The notes under the pieces: generated by a model
The model's input: the letters and a program-made list of their open reading frames with translations, nothing else
Told to the model about the DNA's origin: nothing
Databases searched by the model: none
Translations under genes and position numbers: made by a program
Origin: an uncultured Elusimicrobia bacterium
GTDB lineage: Bacteria; Elusimicrobiota; Elusimicrobia; 2-01-FULL-59-12
Length of the DNA stretch: 64,000 nt
Assembly (NCBI GenBank): GCA_963702895.1
Contig: OY969767.1
Location: 992,001-1,056,000, forward strand
Direction of reading: 5' to 3'
In this document: piece after piece, positions 9,761 to 19,104 of the stretch
Numbering within the stretch: the stretch's first letter is position 1
How the letters are laid out: the number at the start of each line of letters is the position of its first letter

Positions 9761-11424
9761 TGCTGTTTCCACGAGGCTTTCTGGATGTGGACGTCAGACG
9801 GTGTTAGCCAGAAGATCCCTAACCGGTCGGCATCCTGCGGGCGTTCCGGAACACGAACCCAATTCAGGCTCTCAGAGACAAAAAGAGGATGGTTGCTGTA
9901 GGGCAACATCCACGAGGCATCCGGAGCCCGGTCCCGGAGCGCTGCGCGAAGAGCATCGAACACCGGACCAGATCCAGCCCACTCTCCAGCGTATATCGCA
10001 ACTGGAATACGGCGCTTCTCATGTCTCGTCACCGATGAGGGGATCATCGCCAGGAACTGCTCCGGTGTTAGGGATCCCTTATCCGGCCTCGATGCCATGC
10101 GGATGCCTAAGTAGGCCTGCCAGACCGGCCAGGTCACAGGATCAATCACCTGACCCCGATAACCCTCCCTTTCAAGATACTCGAGAGCGGGCCGGTAGGG
10201 ACTCCTCAGCCGTTCCCCCTGGCGAAGGGTAACGGTAAAAGCCATTAGTATAAGGCCTGAAAGAACCATCATATGAATCGCGTAGATTCTTCCCTCCCGC
10301 TTGACCATGGCAGACACCGCAATGGCTAGGCCCAGGTACAGGAGCGGCATGGGCATCACGATGACGCGTGATACTACCGTGCCGCTGTTCAGCAACCAGA
10401 AGGCGAGTGATCCCGCTGTCGCTGCGAGAACCGCCCGTGTCCGCCAGTCGAAACCACGCCAGCGAACCAGGTTCAGCACTAGAGCGAGCGCGAGCAGCCC
10501 TGAAAGGACCCACGTCTCCGTCCGCGCAAACCTGGCAAAGATAACAGCATTGCGCTGAAAGGCTTCTCCGAACGGAATATTTGTGTTCACCGTGACCCGT
10601 GTGAAGTTGTAGAGAATCTGCTGCAGGAACGTTCGAAAGACGGTGGTCGAGAGATAGTCGCCAGCGGCGACTTTAATCAACAGATAGACGGCCTCCCAAG
10701 CAAGGGAGGGAGCCACCAGGCAGAGTGCGGACGCGCCGCAATATTTCCATGAACGCTCTGATTTTTCCCATCCAAAGAGCACCGCGGCAAAGTACGCTAC
10801 TGCAAGCAGCCCAATCACGGGCAGCGTTGCGTAGTGAATTGTGAACGCAAGGCCCAGTGTCAGGAAAGCGGCACGAAACCGGCTCTTGAGAAAAAAGAAA
10901 ATCCCGAGCATCATCACGCTCGCGCCGACCGGGTGTGGGAAGGTGGTCACGACATAGTAGTTCCAGATTGGAGAAACCAGGAAGAGAAGCGCCAAAGCAC
11001 CCGCTGTTCTTTGATCGAGTCCGAGGAGTCGACCGCTGCAAAATAGCAAACCGACAGCCAGAAGCCCGCACATAATCGCGAGAAAATTCCCTGACAAAGC
11101 AATCGGGATTGGCAGCGAAGATAGAGCTGCGAGCGCGAGAATGTAGGTCGGTTTACCATTCCCCGGAGGAAGAATTCCGCCCTCTCGTCGGATCCGCGCG
11201 AGCACTTGCCCCAGATCCGAACTCCGGAAGGCTACTGTGGTGGCCGCCCGGATCGCTTGTCTCAAGCCCCGCGCTTCGCATAGGTAATAGCCCTCATCGT
11301 AATGAAGCACCTCACGATGGATTGCCGTCCGAATCTGAAAGATCACGGCCAGGACAACCACCGCAACAGCAGAGAGATGAATCAGGGAAGAGGTCGAGAA
11401 GCGCGAACTGGAATAAATCTTCAT
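9757..11424 (-). CDS. GT-C fold (ArnT/PMT-like) membrane glycosyltransferase
   Basis: HYDEGYY acidic loop after first TM, GKPTY, about 11 hydrophobic segments. Confidence 0.62.
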   Translation of the reverse strand: MKIYSSSRFSTSSLIHLSAVAVVVLAVIFQIRTAIHREVLHYDEGYYLCEARGLRQAIRAATTVAFRSSDLGQVLARIRREGGILPPGNGKPTYILALAALSSLPIPIALSGNFLAIMCGLLAVGLLFCSGRLLGLDQRTAGALALLFLVSPIWNYYVVTTFPHPVGASVMMLGIFFFLKSRFRAAFLTLGLAFTIHYATLPVIGLLAVAYFAAVLFGWEKSERSWKYCGASALCLVAPSLAWEAVYLLIKVAAGDYLSTTVFRTFLQQILYNFTRVTVNTNIPFGEAFQRNAVIFARFARTETWVLSGLLALALVLNLVRWRGFDWRTRAVLAATAGSLAFWLLNSGTVVSRVIVMPMPLLYLGLAIAVSAMVKREGRIYAIHMMVLSGLILMAFTVTLRQGERLRSPYRPALEYLEREGYRGQVIDPVTWPVWQAYLGIRMASRPDKGSLTPEQFLAMIPSSVTRHEKRRIPVAIYAGEWAGSGPVFDALRAALRDRAPDASWMLPYSNHPLFVSESLNWVRVPERPQDADRLGIFWLTPSDVHIQKASWKQQ

Positions 11425-11527
11425 GGAAATCCCATTTAAACAAATTCCTACCGGGTCGGCAATTGATCAGGACTTCGTTTCTTTTTTAAAGCGGAGAGTG
11501 TAGAATGCTTCTCGGAAAGGAGGAACT

Positions 11528-12217
11528 ATGAAGCGTGCAAAGCCATGGGTTGGAGACCGCATCGGGCGGCACCTGCAGTTGGATCACGATGTGATTTTGA
11601 ATGCGATCCCCGGCCGCAAACTTTCCCGGCTCAAGCCTCTTGTCCTTGGATCCTTTGCGAAAATTCGTTCAGGGTCGGTTCTCTACGCCGCTTCAACCAT
11701 TGGGCATCATTTTGAGACAGGGCATCATGTGGTGGTGCGTGAAGAAAGCCGCATTGGGCACCATGTCTCCATCTGGAACAATACCACGCTGGATTATGGG
11801 TGCACGGTTGGGAACCGTGTCAAAATCCATTGCAATTGTTACGTTGCCCAATATTCCATACTCGAGGACGATGTTTTCCTCGCGCCGGGTGTGACGCTGG
11901 CCAATGATCTTTTTCCAGGGAGCCGCGGGGCGGCCCGTGTGCTTCAGGGCCCCATCCTGCGTCGTGGAGCCCAAATCGGCGTGAACGCGACAATCTTGCC
12001 GGGCGTGGTGATCGGGCGAGGCGCCCTCGTGGGTGCTGGCAGTGTGGTCACGCGAGATGTGCCCGATGGGGGCGTGGCCTTGGGGAACCCCGCGAGAGTG
12101 CCCAAAAGCCGAACCGATTTGCACTGGCCCCAGTCCTACCAACTGCGTAGACATGTTGCCAAGCGATACTATCAGAATCGTTTAAGAGGCCGACGGGTAT
12201 ACGAAAAGAGTTCTTGA
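11528..12217 (+). CDS. Left-handed beta-helix N-acetyltransferase (WbpD/WlbB-like)
   Basis: Hexapeptide repeats, [46 protein letters not shown] upstream. Confidence 0.88.
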   Translation: MKRAKPWVGDRIGRHLQLDHDVILNAIPGRKLSRLKPLVLGSFAKIRSGSVLYAASTIGHHFETGHHVVVREESRIGHHVSIWNNTTLDYGCTVGNRVKIHCNCYVAQYSILEDDVFLAPGVTLANDLFPGSRGAARVLQGPILRRGAQIGVNATILPGVVIGRGALVGAGSVVTRDVPDGGVALGNPARVPKSRTDLHWPQSYQLRRHVAKRYYQNRLRGRRVYEKSS

Positions 12218-12251
12218 AAAGAGAGAGACATTCGAACATGCTGAGACCCCT

Positions 12252-13772
12252 ATGCCGCACGCCCACAAGCCGATCTGTCTGATTATTCCCCCTTCTCCTT
12301 TCCTCTTGGACGAAAGAGTCTTTATGACGCTAGGGCTCTTGCGTGTGGCAGCCTCTTTGGAGCAGGCCGGCCGGACCGTCGAGATCCTGGATCTTTCGGG
12401 GATCGATAATTTCACAGAAGCCGTGGAGTTTCATGCCTGCCGCTCGGAAGCGAGGACTTTTGGCGTCACTTCTACAACACCACAGATGCCCGCGGCGACA
12501 CGTGTGGCAGAGAGTTTGAGGCGTGTTCGACCGGACGCCCGTCTTGTCTTGGGCGGCCCCCATCCGACGCTCGTCCATGCAGCCTACAAGAAAGAAAGGA
12601 AGGCTGGTCGGCGAGGCCGCGCGCACGTTGCGTTCGAGAAATTGTCAGCGGTTTTCGACGTCATGGTTGCCGGGGATGGAGAGCGAGCGATCTTTGAGGC
12701 AATCGCGGATTCTCCGCCCCCCCTCATTGACGCGGATGATCCGAAGTCTTCGCTATTTTTGAACAACGAAACTCTGAACGCGCTGCCGTTCCCGTCTCGG
12801 CATCTTGTGGATGTGGACAGTTATCACTATTTTATCGAGGGAGAGCGCGCGCTGAGCCTGATCGCGCAATTGGGATGCCCCTTTTCGTGCGGCTTTTGTG
12901 GTGGGCGGGAGTCTCCCATGTTTCGGCGGGTGCGTATGAGAACGACTGAGAATGTGGTTGCCGAAATGCTCCACCTCTATCGGCAATACCATGTGAAGGG
13001 ATTTATGCTGTACGATGACGAGCTCAATGTCAATCCTCGAATGGTTGATCTCATGCATGCGATCGAGAAAGCTCAGAAAGAGCTCCACACTGAGTTTCGG
13101 CTGCGCGGTTTTATCAAGGCCCAACTCTTCACCGACGCGCAAGCCGAAGCGATGTATCGGGCTGGTTTTCGTTGGATTCTAACGGGTTTTGAATCTGGAT
13201 CTCCGCGTATCCTTCAAAACATCAATAAAAAGGCGACACGCGAGCAGAACACACGTTGTGTCGAAATCGCTCGAAGGCATGGGCTCAAAGTGAAAGCGCT
13301 CATGTCCATCGGGCACCCCGGAGAATGCCCGGAGACGGTCCAAGAGACCAAGGACTGGTTGCTTGAAAACAAACCGGATGATTTCGATGTGACCATTATT
13401 ACCACCTACCCCGGAACCCCTTATTATGATGAAGCCGTCAGGCATCCCGAGCATCCGGATGTCTGGGTCTACACCTACGCCAAGACGGGCGACCGACTTT
13501 ATAGCTATGAAGTCGACTATATGCGGGTCGCTGACTACTATAAAGGAGATCCCCAAGGCGGTTACCGGTCCTTTGTATATACCGATACCCTTTCGCCGGA
13601 GGACCTTGTGAGAAGTCGGGATGAGATGGAATCCGATGTTCGGGCGAAGCTTCAGATCCCTTTTAATCCCTCGCGCGCGGCAACAAGTTTTGAGCACTCC
13701 ATGGGCCAACAGCTTCCTGAGAGCATTCTTCGGAGCAGCTCCCCTGCACCGATCACCAAGACCGCCTCATGA
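12252..13772 (+). CDS. Cobalamin-dependent radical SAM enzyme
   Basis: N-terminal B12-binding domain (LGLLRVAASL, LGGPHPT), CPFSCGFC, GFESGS, YPGTP. Confidence 0.9.
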   Translation: MPHAHKPICLIIPPSPFLLDERVFMTLGLLRVAASLEQAGRTVEILDLSGIDNFTEAVEFHACRSEARTFGVTSTTPQMPAATRVAESLRRVRPDARLVLGGPHPTLVHAAYKKERKAGRRGRAHVAFEKLSAVFDVMVAGDGERAIFEAIADSPPPLIDADDPKSSLFLNNETLNALPFPSRHLVDVDSYHYFIEGERALSLIAQLGCPFSCGFCGGRESPMFRRVRMRTTENVVAEMLHLYRQYHVKGFMLYDDELNVNPRMVDLMHAIEKAQKELHTEFRLRGFIKAQLFTDAQAEAMYRAGFRWILTGFESGSPRILQNINKKATREQNTRCVEIARRHGLKVKALMSIGHPGECPETVQETKDWLLENKPDDFDVTIITTYPGTPYYDEAVRHPEHPDVWVYTYAKTGDRLYSYEVDYMRVADYYKGDPQGGYRSFVYTDTLSPEDLVRSRDEMESDVRAKLQIPFNPSRAATSFEHSMGQQLPESILRSSSPAPITKTAS

Positions 13773-14518
13773 TGCTTTCCCTTATTATCCCGATCTATAA
13801 CGAGGCGCCTACCCTTAAAGCGATTTGGGAGATCCTCCATAGGCTGGATTGGCCTACGTCGGTCGAATACATCCTTGTGGATGACGGTTCCTCTGACACA
13901 TCGGCTGATATCGCTCGCACGCTGGTGGCTCCTCACGACCAGCTTATTCTCCAGGGTCAAAACCAAGGAAAAACCGCCGCTGTCAGAGCGGGTATTGCTG
14001 CCGCGACCGGCGACATCATCACCGTCCAGGACGCTGACTTGGAATATGATCCTCAGGATATCATCAGGCTCATGCGGCCCATTTTAGACGACAAGGCGGA
14101 TGTTGTTTATGGATCACGCTACAAACCGTCAGGAGACCAGATCCAAAGGACCTATCATCGGCTGGGGATTCGGCTGCTCACGATGTTTTCAAACCTCTGC
14201 ACCGGCATCTATCTGACGGATTTGGAGGGGTGCTATAAAGTATGGCGAGCGGATTTGCTCAAACATGTTGTCGTCGAAACATCCGGTTTTGACTTCGACC
14301 CTGAAGTGACGGCTAAAATTGCCAAGCTACGGGTCCGCATGCATGAATCCCATATTTCCTACTACCCTCGCTCTTATGTGGAAGGCAAAAAGATTCGCCT
14401 CAAAGACGGTTTGACAGCCGTCTGGACGCTTGTCCGATACAGCTTCTTGACCCGTTTTAAAAAATGCTTCAAGCCGTCCCTTCCTGCTCGGTATCTTTTC
14501 CCCGGTCAAACGCTTTAA
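13769..14518 (+). CDS. GT2 polyprenyl-phosphate sugar synthase (DPM1/ArnC-like)
   Basis: IIPIYNE, VDDGSSD, QDADLEYDP, GSRY, EGKKI. Confidence 0.9.
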   Translation: MMLSLIIPIYNEAPTLKAIWEILHRLDWPTSVEYILVDDGSSDTSADIARTLVAPHDQLILQGQNQGKTAAVRAGIAAATGDIITVQDADLEYDPQDIIRLMRPILDDKADVVYGSRYKPSGDQIQRTYHRLGIRLLTMFSNLCTGIYLTDLEGCYKVWRADLLKHVVVETSGFDFDPEVTAKIAKLRVRMHESHISYYPRSYVEGKKIRLKDGLTAVWTLVRYSFLTRFKKCFKPSLPARYLFPGQTL

Positions 14519-16410
14519 GATTCTTCATAGGCCTGGTGCCACAGCTCTAACATGAGCAGGGCCCAAAGCCCATAACATCGGTCACGCGTGCCAGACTGGT
14601 GTTCAGCAATATATCTTTCGATGACCTTTCGTTTAAAATATCCGCGGTCGAGAGCTTTTTTCGATAAAAGAGTTTCCATCAAGTAGCCTTTTAAAGGTCC
14701 ACGGAACCACTGGCTGATCGGAACACCAAAGCCCATTTTTCCACGCTTTTGGATGAGAGGTGGTAAATCCTTCTTGAAGGTTTCTTTCAAGATCCGCTTG
14801 CTTAAATTGAGCGGGCGGTATTTCCAGGAGGCAGGCCAGCGCGCGACTTCTTCCACCAGCACATGATCCAAAAGCGGCGAACGAGTCTCGAGAGAATTCG
14901 CCATCGACGCAATATCCATTTTCACCATCAGACAATCCGGAAGGTAGTGGTGCAGGTCCAGGTACATGAGGCGGTCCAGCAGCTCTCGGGGTGCATAGTT
15001 CAACAGGGTGGTCTCGAAGATTGTGTTGCTGGATAGATGCTTCTGTCGAAAGACTTCAAGGTGCTCCTCTGACCAGAGCTCGCGCAATTCTTCGGCATGG
15101 AAATATTCGAGCGTCCGGAGATATTGTTGGGTGGGCGTCATGGCACCTACGCCTAAAAGACGTTTGGCGCGCCACGACCAGCCAATCGGTGCCGTCGAAG
15201 GAGGCAAAAGTTCGCTCCAGGCGCCCATGCGGGCGCGTAGCGCTTGAGGGAGAACATTCCAAAACTGCATCCCCCACATGGCCCGGTATCGGAGATAGCC
15301 CGCGAAGACTTCATCCCCTCCATCGCCGTTCAAGGCGACAGTAACGTGTTGGCGCGTTTCCTTGGTCAAATAATACGAGGGCAGTGCGCTCGAGTCTGCA
15401 TAGGGCTCCGAGTAATACCAGGCGAGTTTCGGGAGAATGTCAATCAGATGTGGCTGCACCAAGAATTCATGATGATCGGTGTTGTACATCTTGGCTACCG
15501 CGCGCGCGAAAGGGAGCTCGGAGTAGGCCTCCTCTTGGAAGCCTATAGAAAATGTCTTGATGGCACGCGAGGACTGCTGTGCCATGAGGGCTACGATGAT
15601 GCTCGAATCGATTCCGCCTGATAGAAATGCTCCTAAGGGGACATCGGCAATCATACGGAGCCGTACGGATTCCATGAGGCGGATTCGAAGCCGTTCCTGC
15701 GCCTCGGCGTAAGTCAAACGTTCTTTGGGTTCATAGCGTAGGTCCCAGTAGCGTTGTATACGAAGACCGCTATTCGCTGACCATGTTAAATAGTGCGCTG
15801 GGGGCAACTTGTACACGTTTTCATAGATGGAGAGAGGCGAAGGTATATACTGCAAACTCAAGAAATAATAAATAGCATCAAGATTGATCTGCTTGGGGCA
15901 TTCGGGATGGAGCCGCAGCGCCTTGAGTTCTGACGCAAAGACCAACCCTCCTTCGGGTCTTGAGAAATAAAAAAATGGCTTTTTACCGAACCGGTCGCGC
16001 GCGGCAAATAAACGTTTTGTTTTGGTGTCCCATATCGCAAAGGAAAACATGCCGCGCATGTGTTGTACACACGCTTCACCATATTCTTGGTAGAGATGCA
16101 GGATGACTTCCGTATCTGACCGGGTCCGAAAAACGTGACGTCCGGTTAATTCGAGGCGCTCACGAAGCAGTTGAAAATTGTAGATCTCTCCGTTGAAGAC
16201 GATGTGAAGAGGCCCCTCGGCGAGGGTCATAGGCTGATGACCTAAGGAGAGGTCAATAATCGATAAACGCTGAAATCCAAATCCAAGACCGAGTTCAGAG
16301 TGATACCCCTCATCATCAGGCCCACGGTGATGCATGGTCCGTGACATGGTCTCGAGCAAACTTAGCTCGGGTGTTTGGCCAGGGGAAACGATTCCGCAGA
16401 TGCCGCACAT
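14515..16410 (-). CDS. asnB: AsnB-like glutamine-dependent amidotransferase (glycan amidation type)
   Basis: MCGI, HRGPD, NGEIYN, LSGGIDS, GDGGDE. Confidence 0.9.
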   Translation of the reverse strand: MCGICGIVSPGQTPELSLLETMSRTMHHRGPDDEGYHSELGLGFGFQRLSIIDLSLGHQPMTLAEGPLHIVFNGEIYNFQLLRERLELTGRHVFRTRSDTEVILHLYQEYGEACVQHMRGMFSFAIWDTKTKRLFAARDRFGKKPFFYFSRPEGGLVFASELKALRLHPECPKQINLDAIYYFLSLQYIPSPLSIYENVYKLPPAHYLTWSANSGLRIQRYWDLRYEPKERLTYAEAQERLRIRLMESVRLRMIADVPLGAFLSGGIDSSIIVALMAQQSSRAIKTFSIGFQEEAYSELPFARAVAKMYNTDHHEFLVQPHLIDILPKLAWYYSEPYADSSALPSYYLTKETRQHVTVALNGDGGDEVFAGYLRYRAMWGMQFWNVLPQALRARMGAWSELLPPSTAPIGWSWRAKRLLGVGAMTPTQQYLRTLEYFHAEELRELWSEEHLEVFRQKHLSSNTIFETTLLNYAPRELLDRLMYLDLHHYLPDCLMVKMDIASMANSLETRSPLLDHVLVEEVARWPASWKYRPLNLSKRILKETFKKDLPPLIQKRGKMGFGVPISQWFRGPLKGYLMETLLSKKALDRGYFKRKVIERYIAEHQSGTRDRCYGLWALLMLELWHQAYEES

Positions 16411-16416
16411 CGAGGC

Positions 16417-17535
16417 TTAGACGACCTCCATGAGTAAGTGTTCCCATTGATTCATCACGGCATCTAATGAGAATCGTTGGGTGATCGTTTGGGCTTGTTG
16501 TCCCATGACACGGCGTTTCTCTGGATTAGCAAGGAGTCCACGAAGCGACGCTGTGAGAGCGTCTAGGTCGCCGACAGGGACAAGCAAGCCATTGGAACCG
16601 TGCTGGATCATGGCCTTAGCGCCTGTGGTCTCAGATGAAATAGCTGGTAACCCGACGGCGAGTGCTTCGCTCAGAGCGTTCGGGAAGCCCTCAAATTCAG
16701 AGCAAAGCATAAAGATAGAAGCTTTGAGGAGATAAGGGCGGGTGTCGCGTACAAGCCCGCAAAAGCGAACAACATGGTGAATGCCCAGATCGGCAGAAAG
16801 TTTACGGAGGCTCTCAAGTTCTTCTCCTTCTCCCAATATGTCTACGCGCCAATCGGGGAACTCCCGATGCAGACGTGCCACTGCGCGCAGAAGTAAATCG
16901 AAACGCTTCATGGCTGTAAGTCGACCGACGCCGAGGATCATCTTCTCTCTCGGGAGACCCGCGGGGTCAGCGATGTCTGTGATCGCCGGAACGGGGTTTG
17001 GAATGACTGCGATCTTAGACTGCAGCTTGATGGAGAAGTAACGCTTGGCATCTTCACTCTGGGTAATGATCCGATCCGCCAAGGGGTACAGAACGCGGCG
17101 CAGCAAGCGCCAACCTTGAGGTTGAGGCCAAACGGCAGGATCGGATCTCTCCGCGACGAAAACAGGAATATTGAGACAGCGGGTGCATAGGATGGTGAGC
17201 AAATTGTTGAGATCCATAAAGGAAATCACAGCATGAGGTTGAGTCTCGATTATGTATCGACGGAGTTTGACGAGCCTTCCCGGCGCAGTCCAAAAGTCCT
17301 TCCAGAAACTACGATAGCCGCGCGTGATACCGGTTGAGACAAGTTTGACCTGCTCGTCCAGTTGAAAAAACGGCGGATGACGGTCAAAGGAAATGACGGT
17401 CACACGAAGGCCTCGCTTTGCCCACGCGCTGGCAAGAAGTGCCACGTTCTTTTCAGCGCCCCCACAGGTCAAGGAAGACGTGATGATGGTCAGTCGAGTC
17501 GCCAATCTTGTCATGCGAAGCTCTTCATGGGACAT
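16417..17535 (-). CDS. GT4 glycosyltransferase (PglH/PglJ/AmsD-like)
   Basis: GGAE, VGRL..K, EGFPNALSEA. Confidence 0.9.
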   Translation of the reverse strand: MSHEELRMTRLATRLTIITSSLTCGGAEKNVALLASAWAKRGLRVTVISFDRHPPFFQLDEQVKLVSTGITRGYRSFWKDFWTAPGRLVKLRRYIIETQPHAVISFMDLNNLLTILCTRCLNIPVFVAERSDPAVWPQPQGWRLLRRVLYPLADRIITQSEDAKRYFSIKLQSKIAVIPNPVPAITDIADPAGLPREKMILGVGRLTAMKRFDLLLRAVARLHREFPDWRVDILGEGEELESLRKLSADLGIHHVVRFCGLVRDTRPYLLKASIFMLCSEFEGFPNALSEALAVGLPAISSETTGAKAMIQHGSNGLLVPVGDLDALTASLRGLLANPEKRRVMGQQAQTITQRFSLDAVMNQWEHLLMEVV

Positions 17536-17988
17536 GGATCAAGAATCGATTCATGCAGTGTAGCACGGTAAGCTCCTCAACAACGTCATAGGATCTAATT
17601 GCTGGAGCACTTCATGAGCTTATCCCGCACATCATAAAATTGTGATGCCAATAAATACAAAAATATAACGTGAGCTGCTCGGGCAGCGCATTCCTTTAAC
17701 GCCAGGATCTGGGATTGCGACAGCACCCTGGCCCATCCTGCGATGGCTGCTGATCTCGTTCCGAATCAAGGCTCGAAAGCTCACAGATCTTGATGATCAT
17801 ACTTTTATGTTGTGTTGGGTCATTCATGCATCACGCGACGAGGTCCGGTGATGACACTTTGGGGCGGTCGAAAGAAAGCGTATAGGAATAACGCCCTGAT
17901 GGGTGATCACGCGGTGACAATCAGGATGATCAGGTGCGATTTGCAGATTGGCTGAAACCGATCGATCGCCAACAAACGTCTTTCGATC

Positions 17989-18822
17989 CTATTGTGATCG
18001 AATGAAAATAATCTGCCGAGTATCCGAAAAGGCCCGTCTGAGCAGTGGATGGGTCAAGTAATCCACCCAGTGCCCTTGGTGGAGGAGATACGCATGTTCT
18101 TCGTAGCGGCAGCGGTATTGGCGAGCTAGCGCTTGGAGGGAGTCCGTCGATATACTTCGGTTCCCATGCGTCCAATAGTCGGACCAGGTGTAGTCAATAT
18201 TGATCATCATCCGAGCATAGAGCGAAGGTGCTGCGTGTTTGAGAGACTTTCGCAACGATAGATAAGGCAGTCGGAGCAAGGCCTGTAAAACGCTTCTGGC
18301 TTTCTGAATTATTTTCAAGATCGCGGAAATCTGTGATTCAGGAAGTGCTTCGTGGTCCACCCAAAGCAATCCGCCAGGCCTCAACAATCGGAGACAGGAC
18401 TCGACGGTGCTAAGATAGTCTGGAAGGTGGTGTAATACGGAGTACATGGTGATCAGGTCGTAGGGGCCTGACAAGGGCAATGTTTCCAGCGTTCCTGTGT
18501 AGACTTGCAAGCGGCCTTGCTGAATGGGTTCTGAAAAGCGCTCTTTCAGGAGACGGGTCATATCCGGCGATAAATCGACTGCCTCAACCTGGAGCCCAAG
18601 CTTCAGGAGCTTCTCGGTCACATTTCCGGTTCCGCAGCCCAGATCGAGCGCACGACCTTTCGGATCGGGCAAGGATGATACGTGCTCGCGAAGCGAGTTG
18701 GATAAGCGGTGCTGTTCCCAGGCATTGAAAATTTCAGAATGAATCCGGTTATAAAGGGGTGCCTCCATCCGGTGAACGTCCAGATTCGACTTAAGGATCT
18801 TCTGGTGCAGTGCAGGTTCCAT
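17989..18822 (-). CDS. Class I SAM-dependent methyltransferase
   Basis: LDLGCGTG, VDLS, SVLHH, LRPGG. Confidence 0.85.
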   Translation of the reverse strand: MEPALHQKILKSNLDVHRMEAPLYNRIHSEIFNAWEQHRLSNSLREHVSSLPDPKGRALDLGCGTGNVTEKLLKLGLQVEAVDLSPDMTRLLKERFSEPIQQGRLQVYTGTLETLPLSGPYDLITMYSVLHHLPDYLSTVESCLRLLRPGGLLWVDHEALPESQISAILKIIQKARSVLQALLRLPYLSLRKSLKHAAPSLYARMMINIDYTWSDYWTHGNRSISTDSLQALARQYRCRYEEHAYLLHQGHWVDYLTHPLLRRAFSDTRQIIFIRSQ

Positions 18823-18857
18823 ACACACTCCGTCTACTAGAATACCAAGGATGAACG

Positions 18858-18886
18858 TTGCTTTTCATCCTCGTATACCTTAAACT
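18858..18886 (+). promoter_or_regulatory. Putative sigma70 promoter with inverted repeat around -35
   Basis: TTGCTT (18858)-17 bp-TAAACT (18881); AGGATGAA/TTCATCCT inverted repeat at 18848-18871. Confidence 0.45.
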
Positions 18887-18894
18887 CTCTCCTT

Positions 18895-19104
18895 GTGTGT
18901 GGCATCATCGGAATCTTGACTTCTTCGGACGAAGAGCCCTCGTTGGGTCTTCTCCAGTCGATGTCGCGCACGCTTCGCCACCATGGTCCCGGCCAAGAGG
19001 GCCATCAAATTCGTCCACCTGCCGCTCTGGGCTATCAGCGCCTTCCCATCATCTTCTGGGCACTTCTGATGCTCGAGCAATGGTTTCAGGTCTACATGGA
19101 CTAA
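18895..19104 (+). pseudogene. Truncated, decayed asnB N-terminal fragment (69 aa)
   Basis: MCGIIGI..LLQSMSRTLRHHGPG..LGYQRLPII aligns with the start of asnB 14515..16410; HRGPD and RLSII motifs are degenerate. Confidence 0.8.

Noticed and set aside
17612..17632. Minus-strand MCGISS-stop resembling a third asnB stub
   Set aside because: Six codons is too short to distinguish from chance.
17536..17988. oriC interpretation of the GATC cluster
   Set aside because: No convincing DnaA boxes and no replication genes nearby.
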